Source: a virus. From it: DNA of 64,000 bases. The notes beneath the pieces are model-generated. The model worked only from the letters and a program-made list of their open reading frames with translations. It did not search any database and was not told where the DNA came from. Shown here one piece after another: positions 26,767-35,900 of this stretch. The translations under genes were made by a program, and so were the position numbers. The DNA lies in IMG/VR virus record IMGVR_UViG_3300045988_129166, one strand, 5' to 3'. The first letter of the stretch is position 1; each line of letters starts with the position of its first letter.

Positions 26767-27125
26767 ACAGCAAAAGACGTAAGAAAATAGAGGATATTAT
26801 TTCCAATTTGGAAAAGCATAAAACAGATCTTGAGTTTATCAAATCAAAGCTGTCAGAGGTTAGGCATAATCTGGATTCAGCCAAGGATGATGTTGATATG
26901 ATTTTAGACGAAGAGACGGAAGCAAGAGATAATACGCCGGAGCCGTTACAAGATACAGAAAGATATTATCAATCAGATGAGGCTGTAGCTAATATGGAGG
27001 CGGTTGTTGATGATATAGAAAGTATTGTAGGGGATTTAGAGAATGCGGTTTCAACCATTGATGATAAAATCAATGACATAGAAACTGGTATTATAGGGAA
27101 TTTAGAGGCAGCCATAGGCGCATAA
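26763..27125 (+). CDS. Highly acidic coiled-coil protein (possible DNA-mimic / anti-restriction candidate)
   Basis: 120 aa, very D/E-rich (e.g. DDVDMILDEETEARD, VVDDIESIVGDLEN). Confidence 0.65.
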   Translation: MNSKRRKKIEDIISNLEKHKTDLEFIKSKLSEVRHNLDSAKDDVDMILDEETEARDNTPEPLQDTERYYQSDEAVANMEAVVDDIESIVGDLENAVSTIDDKINDIETGIIGNLEAAIGA

Positions 27126-27160
27126 CGTAAAAATATAATCATAAAATTTAACACAATATA

Positions 27161-27192
27161 TTTGTATAGATATAATACGATACATATTTTTG
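27161..27192 (+). promoter_or_regulatory. Possible Bacteroidetes-type promoter (-33 TTTG, 20-nt spacer, -7 TATTTTTG) overlapping the terminator loop
   Basis: Pattern match only, to the TTTG / TAnnTTTG consensus from established knowledge. Confidence 0.25.
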
Positions 27193-27208
27193 TATCGTAT
27201 TATTTTTT
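27172..27208 (+). terminator. Rho-independent terminator (13-bp stem, loop TATTTT, T-run)
   Basis: AATACGATACA/TGTATCGTATT inverted repeat plus TTTTT, directly after gene 26763..27125. Confidence 0.65.
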
Positions 27209-27222
27209 ATGTGTTATATTTT

Positions 27223-27957
27223 ATGAAAACAAATGTTACAATGGTATCAAAAGACCGAGAATTATTTGGCGTAATAATTAAGCAGGACACTAAAACTTCG
27301 TTTATGTCCTTAACAGACCTTCAGGAAGCCTATACGAAGAAGAGGGTTGAGATGGGGTGGAATGAAAAGAGAATAGAGAATATCCTATCTAATAAGGAGA
27401 GTGCGGAACGTGTTTACTATATCCTTGAAAAACAAGGATATAGGATAGAATCAGGATTTCCTGGTTTTATACAATCTGTTGAAAAAGAGTCACTTATAAA
27501 AGTGATGAAAAAAATGGGAGCTTATAAGACAATGGGTAGAGGAGAGAATAGGAGAACTATGTGTAATCCATATATATGGGTGCTTGTAGCTATGGAACTA
27601 AACCCTATGTTGTATGCTGAGGTTGTTACGTGGTTAACAGATAAGCTTATCTTAAACCGAATAGAGGCAGGTGATAAATACAATGTCTTGTCAAGAGCTA
27701 TATCAAGATTTCCGGATGCCGATTACTCCAAGATGGCTAAAGGCTTAAATTGGATTGTATTTAATGAGCATGAAAGCATGATAAGAAATAGGGCTACACA
27801 GGAGCAGTTGAAAGAACTTGAAACCCTACAGTCTAATCTTGCATTCTGCATAGAGATGGGAACCATCTCTTCTTTCTCTAATTTAATGAACATGATGAGA
27901 TCTATATATGTAAAGAAATGGGGAGAAGAGGCTGTAACTTCTAAAAACGTAAAATAA
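27223..27957 (+). CDS. Hypothetical protein (start trimmed to ATG 27223 after the terminator); weak KilA-N-like N-terminus
   Basis: The track start at 27190 lies inside the terminator hairpin. Confidence 0.65.
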   Translation: MKTNVTMVSKDRELFGVIIKQDTKTSFMSLTDLQEAYTKKRVEMGWNEKRIENILSNKESAERVYYILEKQGYRIESGFPGFIQSVEKESLIKVMKKMGAYKTMGRGENRRTMCNPYIWVLVAMELNPMLYAEVVTWLTDKLILNRIEAGDKYNVLSRAISRFPDADYSKMAKGLNWIVFNEHESMIRNRATQEQLKELETLQSNLAFCIEMGTISSFSNLMNMMRSIYVKKWGEEAVTSKNVK

Positions 27958-27958
27958 T

Positions 27959-28246
27959 ATGGGAGTAAAAGAAATAAGAGAACTACTTAGACTCTACAAT
28001 CTCGAACATAGTGTCGTCCAGAACAAAAACTCTGGGCGGTATTCTATTATTCTCCATAACAACATCATAGGAACGAACGTAGATGGAGAGAAGGTAGTTG
28101 TGTTCAGAACCATTCCGGATGGAAGCAATACGTTCTCTATGGAGCGAAATAGATTCTATGAGGGGTTTGTAGAGGCTTTTGATGACGATAAGGCGATTGA
28201 AGCCGTAAGACAGTATTTTGAGAAAAACAGAAATGATAGGGTATAA
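27959..28246 (+). CDS. Hypothetical protein
   Basis: 95-aa ORF. Confidence 0.6.
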   Translation: MGVKEIRELLRLYNLEHSVVQNKNSGRYSIILHNNIIGTNVDGEKVVVFRTIPDGSNTFSMERNRFYEGFVEAFDDDKAIEAVRQYFEKNRNDRV

Positions 28247-28298
28247 GACGAAGATGGATTATATTACTATCGAAATGAGGTAAAACAACGATAAAGCA

Positions 28299-28856
28299 AT
28301 GGAAAAGATGGATGATAATACTAAAAATATCCTTTATCCAAAAGGATCTATTTTTCGCATATTAAAAGATGATATAATCAGTGCCGAATTTAAAATCGTC
28401 AAAGGAGCTATAGCGGAGGCAGTATCAGACATAGAAGTAAATGATAAATATGCTGAGGTTTGTTGCAATGGGGAGACGTTCGTCATAGAAACGGATATTA
28501 TGGATATTATTCTTACCAAAGACCCCATAGAAAACAAATCGGTGAAAAATGACATCATTGACGACAAACTACGATGGGATTTGCTTCCAATGGAAGAGAT
28601 TGAGGACATTGTAAGAGTCTATCATGCTGGTGCAAAGAAGTACGGACCCAATAAATGGCAGAACCTTGACAACGGGTTTGAACGGTATCGTGCTGCGGCT
28701 GCCAGACACCTAATGGAATACATGAAAGGGGAAAGAGTGGATTCCGATACAGGATGTTTTCATCTTGCACAATGTGCATGGAATTGTATAGCTATGCTGT
28801 GGTATGATAAGCACGGGAAAGGATTAATACCATTAAATAAGGAGGAAAAGAAATGA
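28299..28856 (+). CDS. Hypothetical protein; possible all-alpha NTP pyrophosphohydrolase-like (MazG/dGTP-diphosphohydrolase-like) domain
   Basis: RWDLLPMEEIEDIVRVYHAGAKKYG...WQNL...RHLMEY...GERVDSDTG carries ExxE/ExxD-like acidic pairs; assignment from memory, low certainty. Confidence 0.6.
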   Translation: MEKMDDNTKNILYPKGSIFRILKDDIISAEFKIVKGAIAEAVSDIEVNDKYAEVCCNGETFVIETDIMDIILTKDPIENKSVKNDIIDDKLRWDLLPMEEIEDIVRVYHAGAKKYGPNKWQNLDNGFERYRAAAARHLMEYMKGERVDSDTGCFHLAQCAWNCIAMLWYDKHGKGLIPLNKEEKK

Positions 28857-29161
28857 CAAAAGAACAAATGATTCAACTGTTAGACACAGAGCTTGATGCA
28901 ATGAACAAACATAGAAGTAATATTGAAAGAATTAAAAAGGAATATTTCGATTCTGTTTATGGATTCAAGAAGGGAGATAAGGTAAGCGTTCTTTACAAAC
29001 GTTCGAAAGAACCTCTTGTTGGTTTCTTCAAGAGCATTCAAATCATGAGTACTAGAACAGTTATATTTACAATCCAGGAAGTTAATAAAGAAGGAAGACC
29101 TGGAAGAGGATCTTATTTGGTGTATGAAGGCGATTTAAGCGAAATCAAAAAAGTAGAATAA
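28853..29161 (+). CDS. Hypothetical protein
   Basis: AAGGAGGAAAAG SD; 102 aa. Confidence 0.65.
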   Translation: MTKEQMIQLLDTELDAMNKHRSNIERIKKEYFDSVYGFKKGDKVSVLYKRSKEPLVGFFKSIQIMSTRTVIFTIQEVNKEGRPGRGSYLVYEGDLSEIKKVE

Positions 29162-29162
29162 C

Positions 29163-29693
29163 ATGATTAGAGCAAGATTTTACATTAGAAAGGATGACTG
29201 TGACAATGATTACCGTCCAGTCAAATGGCCCATAAAATATCCGTATTGGTGTAGTGCAGAATCCAGTAATTCATTTGTATTGGTGGCGTATGCTGAAGAT
29301 GAAGACAGCATAAAAGAACTGTGGCCGGAGGCGTATGATATTAATGTCTTAGAGAAAGATACCGAAATTAGATTCACATTAAGATTCCCTAAGCCGGAAT
29401 GGTATGAATTGTACGAAAGGGAATTAGAAGAATGTGATAGATTTATATGGGTTACGGATGCGTGCCTGAGAGACGGTATAATAAGAAAAGTAAAAGCTAA
29501 AATAGAAGAGTATGGTGGTCTTTTGTTAGCCGACATCCCTGATAGGTTCACTCCTTATGAAATAGGAATGGATGCTTTTGAGAGCAAAGAAGAAGCTTTA
29601 AAACATGCAGAGGAACGGAGAGCGCACCTGATCGAATCTATTAAGAAACAATTGAATAAACTTGAAAATCTAAAATTTGAATGCGATGATTAA
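29163..29693 (+). CDS. Hypothetical protein
   Basis: 176-aa ORF. Confidence 0.65.
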   Translation: MIRARFYIRKDDCDNDYRPVKWPIKYPYWCSAESSNSFVLVAYAEDEDSIKELWPEAYDINVLEKDTEIRFTLRFPKPEWYELYERELEECDRFIWVTDACLRDGIIRKVKAKIEEYGGLLLADIPDRFTPYEIGMDAFESKEEALKHAEERRAHLIESIKKQLNKLENLKFECDD

Positions 29694-30399
29694 TTACGCA
29701 GCAAAAGCCAGAAAAGCTTATTTGATAAATAATTTCGATAAGATTCTTAACAGTCTTAACACGCTTCATTCAACGGTTGAGACCATGACATTGTTCGTAA
29801 ACGACCAGGCTTATAATTACATTCTTAAGCTAAAGGAGGTAATTAAAACCAGTCCTATGTATAAGCACAATATCAAGCGTCTTTTAAATGACATGGACAA
29901 AGAGATAAAGAGGTACAATGCTTCTATCTACTACATAAATAAAGAACGTAGTGAGGTTATAGCTGATATAACACAAGCGATGGAAGATTGCCTCATGCCA
30001 TACATAGACGACCTGGCCGGCGCTATAAGGGCAGCCGTGTGGTCGAAGGGCGTGTCCGAGGAGCGGACGGAGGTGGCGGTACTGTCCCTAATCGTATCCT
30101 CCTTGGCCACGACATCAGGCAGACTTATTTCAGGTGGATATCAGATTATGAAAGAAATGGGTGGAGGCTGGGGTGGTAATCCATTTACGTTTATGAGCAT
30201 TGATAAGATAAGACACTTATCTACATCATTATCTGATGCTATTACCGGTGGAGAGATTGCTCTTGAAGAAAAAGAAGCCAATGACATAACTAAGGCAATG
30301 GATGTTTTTATTGAGAAAATGTCTGATTCGGATATTGTTGATAAGGTGATCAGCATACTCGAAGAGGCAGAATCTAAAAATAAAGAGGAGCGATCGTGA
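29677..30399 (+). CDS. Hypothetical protein (240 aa) containing a GC-rich codon island
   Basis: Long ORF; GC island at 30000..30120. Confidence 0.65.
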   Translation: MNAMINYAAKARKAYLINNFDKILNSLNTLHSTVETMTLFVNDQAYNYILKLKEVIKTSPMYKHNIKRLLNDMDKEIKRYNASIYYINKERSEVIADITQAMEDCLMPYIDDLAGAIRAAVWSKGVSEERTEVAVLSLIVSSLATTSGRLISGGYQIMKEMGGGWGGNPFTFMSIDKIRHLSTSLSDAITGGEIALEEKEANDITKAMDVFIEKMSDSDIVDKVISILEEAESKNKEERS

Positions 30400-30587
30400 A
30401 TTATTTGGATGGGTATGTAGAAGAAGTTCTTTCTGAGCCGTACTATGACGATTATGGCTCTGGGGTTTTTAGGTGGTGGGTGAAAGTGTCTTACGTTTGT
30501 GAAGGAATAGGAGCTGTCACTACCTTAATGTTTGATACGAGAGAAGAAGCGGAAGCTGTAAAAACAGGTTATAAATTTTTATGTTGA
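30396..30587 (+). CDS. Hypothetical small protein
   Basis: 63-aa ORF with ATGA overlap. Confidence 0.5.
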   Translation: MNYLDGYVEEVLSEPYYDDYGSGVFRWWVKVSYVCEGIGAVTTLMFDTREEAEAVKTGYKFLC

Positions 30588-30594
30588 AAATAAT

Positions 30595-30828
30595 ATGAGG
30601 TATTTTATTTTATTGATGGCACTTGTGTTATCATCATGTTCGCATGATGATCAGGTTAATAACGGATGGGTTATATATGATCTATGTCCTTTAGAAGATG
30701 GATGTATAATGTATTATGGTAAAGACGAAAGAATTTCAATATTTTATAATAATAGGCTTATAAAATTCGTTGGATACCAAGGGGAATACAATATCGGAGA
30801 TTCTATTAAGATCGTAAAAGTGAAATAA
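30595..30828 (+). CDS. Small lipoprotein (signal peptide plus lipobox LSSC)
   Basis: MRYFILLMALVLSSCSHDD: type II signal peptide with Cys at +1. Confidence 0.6.
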   Translation: MRYFILLMALVLSSCSHDDQVNNGWVIYDLCPLEDGCIMYYGKDERISIFYNNRLIKFVGYQGEYNIGDSIKIVKVK

Positions 30829-30829
30829 T

Positions 30830-31318
30830 ATGGAAAAGAATTTAAAACTCGTATGTCCAAAATGTGGCACCCCTCACCAGCCTCATTCTCCGCACACGAT
30901 GGATGCAGATGGATTTGAAAGGTGTGAGATAAGAACTGTTATGGAAGACAGGGGGTGGTGCTACGAATGCTCTTTTTGGCAAAATATGTACGACAAACAC
31001 AAAGACGATCCGGGATGGGTTAGGATAGACGGTGAAAGCTGGGTGCTTAAGCCTATGGTGGAAAACGTACCGAGCGGATGGAACAGCCTTGGATGTGGTG
31101 GAAGAAAGATGTATATCAATATCGAAGGGAAAGGCATTGTTGTATCAAATAACTGCTGGTGCCAAGGTGATGTTTCGGACGCATTCAAGGATCTTATGCC
31201 TGATAATGCTACTTGGGCTACGAAGGAGGAATTTGACAAAGCTCCTGTAGTAGGATATATTGTAGAAGGTATTGGTTTAGTTTTCACAGATAGGGAAGGT
31301 CATGAAGTTAATGCTTAG
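30830..31318 (+). CDS. Zinc-ribbon hypothetical protein; last gene of the plus-strand module
   Basis: CPKCG...H..H at the N-terminus; several Cys/Trp-rich segments. Confidence 0.65.
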   Translation: MEKNLKLVCPKCGTPHQPHSPHTMDADGFERCEIRTVMEDRGWCYECSFWQNMYDKHKDDPGWVRIDGESWVLKPMVENVPSGWNSLGCGGRKMYINIEGKGIVVSNNCWCQGDVSDAFKDLMPDNATWATKEEFDKAPVVGYIVEGIGLVFTDREGHEVNA

Positions 31319-31673
31319 AAACTTGTTTCATATTCCTCTTAGAATAGTTGAAAGGAAATTAACTAATGGGGAAGTAGAATATTGATGCCAATATCAAAAC
31401 ATTTTTGGGAAATGGAAAAACAGGATAAAATACGATATGTTTGGCATGTCGTGTTATGCTGTTTTTTATTCATTCGAAGATGCGTATGAATTTAATTATG
31501 GTAAGAACAAAGAAGAAAAGGTAAAGGTAGTGGATTCTTGTTACAAGAAAAGATGGTAACTACAATAATCCCCGGCCATACAATAGGTGTACGGTTGGGG
31601 ATTATTGTAATATATGATTAATAACCGTCTTATCTTATACTAATACATTTTAGTACTATTTTTATATCTTTTA

Positions 31674-32123
31674 TTATAATTCTACATAGGTGTCAATAGG
31701 AACAAAGCTGCCAACTGTACTTATCTTATATATTGAATGAATAAGGTAAGTACTTGGACTTAATTTCAGTTGAGGTACTTGATTGGCCCCTTCTGTAATA
31801 AAGAAATAATAAAAAACGTCTCCAATCGTAAACTGTAATATAATATCACCTGTTACCTGTCCTTCATTAAAGTAAGCCTGGATATATTGTCCAGAATTTG
31901 ATATCGTACAATTTATAGGATTACCGCCCATCGTACATACCTTGCTATTATTAATTTCATCTAAAACATAGGAAGCCGCCATAGTTACTCCATTAAATCG
32001 GTATCTACAACCAAGAATAGGTGCAGGCTTTCGCCATGTGGTTGTAGGGGCCGAAATCGAACAAGCAAAAACAGGGATCTTGACGCCGGCAACTGTCTTA
32101 ATATTTTCAAATCTTCTTCTCAT
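31674..32123 (-). CDS. MRRRF-N-terminus family small protein (paralog set with 32331..32744 and 49139..49669)
   Basis: 5' end ATGAGAAGAAGATTT is shared at nucleotide level with the other two members. Confidence 0.65.
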   Translation of the reverse strand: MRRRFENIKTVAGVKIPVFACSISAPTTTWRKPAPILGCRYRFNGVTMAASYVLDEINNSKVCTMGGNPINCTISNSGQYIQAYFNEGQVTGDIILQFTIGDVFYYFFITEGANQVPQLKLSPSTYLIHSIYKISTVGSFVPIDTYVEL

Positions 32124-32127
32124 AATT

Positions 32128-32334
32128 TCATAAAATTAATTCAGTAAAAGGGCGGACATAATGTGAACTACCCCTTGAACCTGTATCCAAATGATCTCCT
32201 TGGATGTTTATATCATAATACCACGAATAGGTAAATTTTGTATTTCGAGTGGATGTCCACATTCTATTACTCATTATCGTACCTCCTACCATTAAAAAGC
32301 ATTCATTTATTTCATTAGCATACAATGATATCAA
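32128..32334 (-). CDS. Hypothetical small protein
   Basis: 68-aa ORF between the two paralogs. Confidence 0.4.
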   Translation of the reverse strand: MISLYANEINECFLMVGGTIMSNRMWTSTRNTKFTYSWYYDINIQGDHLDTGSRGSSHYVRPFTELIL

Positions 32335-32744
32335 AAAAACTCTCCGGCGCCACCTACATATCCATTTTGACCATTTTTAAATAAATAGCTATTAGCTTTA
32401 TTAAAAGCGTAATCTGTATTACTGGTATCATATTCAAGATACGCATTCTGATTTTCACGCCCCCAATAATCCTTTTTAATAGTTCCAATATGAGAACTAT
32501 CTTGTGCAAATATATTGTCTATTTCTCCATCCTTACCCCAACGAGATGTGCCAATATATTCGGTGGCTATAACAAAACACACTTTATCTACAAGAGCTAT
32601 TCCATTGCATAGATCATTGGAATATCCTTTATTAGACCAATTTTCTTTTGTATATAATCCTCCATCTACATGTTGGATGTATATGCCTTTATTGATTATA
32701 AGCGAGGGATTTACCCCCATCCCTATTTGAAATCTTCGTTTCAT
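32331..32744 (-). CDS. MKRRF-N-terminus family small protein (start trimmed to ATG 32744)
   Basis: 5' end ATGAAACGAAGATTT; Gly/Asn/Tyr-rich, lectin-like composition. Confidence 0.65.
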   Translation of the reverse strand: MKRRFQIGMGVNPSLIINKGIYIQHVDGGLYTKENWSNKGYSNDLCNGIALVDKVCFVIATEYIGTSRWGKDGEIDNIFAQDSSHIGTIKKDYWGRENQNAYLEYDTSNTDYAFNKANSYLFKNGQNGYVGGAGEFF

Positions 32745-32932
32745 GATTTTTGTTTGCAAGATAGCAATAATTGACAACATAAAAGAAACCGGTTCCCTAT
32801 CATCTCTTTCAGAAAAAATTTAACCCACATAATCTTTCAAGTAAGAACAAAAAACGTACAATCTACTCTTTGACAATGCTAAGATAGTATATTGGGGTCA
32901 TATCAAAACAATGCAAGCCCAATATTCTTCGT

Positions 32933-35900
32933 CTATTTATAACTTACATCATCATCCCCTTCCGAATCAGGGGTGGCGCCGATGAAGAACATCATTGACT
33001 TATTGTTCGTCTGCTGCCACCAATTATAGGCGCGCGCTACGTCTTCCGGCGTCTTGATATTATACCATTGTTTGATAAACGTCTGTTTGGCGAGTTGCCT
33101 AAATAACTTAGACTCTCCTTTGTATGTACCTGACGTCACCTTATCAAGTGAGTAGTTCCTAAGATCGGTAAGATCCTTAAGTTTCCGTCCCATAACAAAT
33201 GGGTCGTTAATGATATCAACCACGTTAAGCTCCATAATAAATGGCATCTGTGAAGCTATTTCGTTTATGGTTCTGAATCCGACGTAGGATCCGAATTGAG
33301 TAAGCCAACTTTCCTCGTTTTCATCATCATCACGCCACCCGGCAAGAAGCATAGATACGGCTTGCATGATAAGGAACGTGCCGGCATAGACACTGAGACG
33401 TTTTAGATTGGTTTTCTCTACCTCATTCATATTGTCTTTATTTTCGTTCCAAGCATCTATGATGTTTTTCATACCAGACTCGGAAGCTAAGCTAAATGTT
33501 TTGGCTATCATATTCTTTAACGTAATTGACAGTCCTTCCTCTTCTTGCATTGTCTGGAAATTGAAGCCACGTCTTTTCCACAGACGTTGAGCCGCCAGCA
33601 CCAACCATCCTCGGTGGGCGGTCATGAACCTGGCTATCCAGTTGCGTGATGCGGCAGTCCGATTTTCTTCATTCAAAGATCCGTTACATATCTGCGACAA
33701 GCTGCGAACTTGATTTCGAGTTATAGCCATCTGGGTTTCGACTTCCTCGGCAGTAACACCCGATCCAGGTTTTACGACCACCTTCCCATCCACAACATCT
33801 ACCATACTCCATAAAGTACGATCTTTTAATGCATTCCATTCTCTTTTTATGGTACTCTGTTCTTTATTTCGTTCTTTTTCCATCTTGAAATCTTGGAACG
33901 TGTAGAACCGGCCTTTATAGTATCGCACGTTATCCATAGTGGCAATCATAACCTGCGGGTCAAGAGGGTAGTTCAGGATTTCCATAAAAGCATACATCGG
34001 TGAACGCATTAAGGTCCTGGCCACTCTATTGTATCCGGCACCATACATACGATTTCGGATATTGAATATCCCCATTCTCTCACCTATGACATATAATTTG
34101 CTTTTCCTATCTATGTCTCCGGTTTCTGCTATACAAGATGGCGCAAGGCGTGAAAACTCAGCCGATGCGTATTTAAGGGAGTCTTTGCTTATATACTGTC
34201 CTACAGCTGATTCCATGATGAGGTTGATATGGCCGGTAAGGGCGCCGGTAGCTGCCACAAACGGGGACAGCGCCAGGTTCATGACCGACATAAATCTTTC
34301 AACGGCCATCATAATTCTTGTAAGGTCTACCGTATATCCTCCGATGTTCACCGTAAGTTTTTTGGTGTTCATCCTAATGCCATAATAATGATCGTTGAAG
34401 AAGTCCCTGAACATCTGATATGCTTGGGTTGCTTCAGCCTTCTTACCGCCTTCAAATTGTTTATTCAGTAACATCTGCTCCAGTCCTTGGGCAAGCTCTA
34501 TAGACTTCTGCTTTTCGTTGTATAACGATGACTGCATCATAAGCATCGAATAAGAGTAGCCAAAATCGTGAGATACGTCATCTTGGTTCTCTAATTCATA
34601 TATGTAGTATTTAGGTATGGACCGAACCCTATCTTCCGGATCATATACCTCACCCTGGCGTGTTTTACCATACAGGGAGTCATCTACGCGGTCAAGACAT
34701 AAGTCGGATACGAAGTTCCTGACCGTACTTTTAAGGCTGATACCTAACCCTTCTATACGTTCTATATCTTGTTTGGATATCTGTGGAATAGCATACAGAT
34801 TAGGGCTCTGCTCTTTATATAGATCAAGGGATTGTCTTTTTATTTCCTTGAGTTTTTGAATCATATTCCATTGCTCTACGTTTTTAGTAGCGACCTCATT
34901 ACCATCAGCATCATACTTAATGCCGAAGTCGTTGAAATACGATTCATCACGATACAGGCTCTTCTTGGGCATACGATGACCATACCCATGATCTTTTACA
35001 TAATCAGGGTTACGATCGCTATTTTCGGCCTCAGATTCAGCCACCCACGCTCTTGCAGGGTCGAAAGACAGGTATGATATGTCCATACCATAATCTTGTG
35101 TGGAAGTCCCATTCTGTACGTCCTTAACCATCTGCGCCACATCTATCTCACCTCGACCTATTTTGTCGATCATAGCCGCATATCCGGTAGGCGCCATGCG
35201 TTTATAGTACGAAAAGACCTGGCTCCTGGCAAATTCATTAACAATAGCATTGGCTTCTTCTATACCCTCTTCCCTTGTATTATTTAAAAATAAGCTGGCC
35301 ATCTTAGCATTAACAGCATTCCTAAAATCTCTACCGTCTAATTCTTTGCTTATACCGAGCTTTTCTGACAGGTAGTTGGTTTCAGATACGGTAAACAGAT
35401 ATCGGTTATCAGCAGCCTTAAACAGCTTATCCCTTAAAGCCTGAATCCTTTTTGCTTTCTTCGCCGTAGTATGACGTTGTACGAACTTCCATTCCACTTC
35501 CTTAGAGTCAGCAAGAGCATTTAAATAAGACTGATTGACTTCGTTTTCAGCCTTACTGCTTTTAGTAAGGTATTTATCAATATCTTCAAGACCCACCATC
35601 TTAGCATAATCTATCAAAATAGCGTAATCGGCTTCAATAGCTTCGGATGCAGCCCTAAAAGCATCTCTTTCAGATGAGGTAAATGTCGCTTCATTGATTT
35701 CTCCGATGTCAGCCACGTCACGGTTGTTGCCGATTATTTCCTTGATAATGGCCTTATTTTTTTCTATATCTTTTACAATGGAATCCACGTCAGTCGCATC
35801 TCTATCACTTGTCGTAGAACTAATGATGTCTTGTGCCATTTTGAGATACGAAGCCTTGTTATTTGATTCGGTACGTGCCGACTGTTCCGATTCTATGTCA

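Noticed and set aside
31319-31673. Convergent junction between plus and minus modules, expected to hold bidirectional terminators.
   Set aside because: Only weak hairpins (GCAT/ATGC next to T6 at 31440..31461; CCCCGG...TTGGGG at 31571..31601) were found, and none is convincing enough to annotate.
34898-34915. KYDADGNEV in the 2140-aa protein (about residue 1480) resembles the DxDGD catalytic loop of two-barrel (crAss-type virion) RNA polymerases.
   Set aside because: The third residue is Asn, not Asp. All three aspartates are required in known enzymes, and no flanking DPBB motifs were recognised, so the protein is not called an RNAP.
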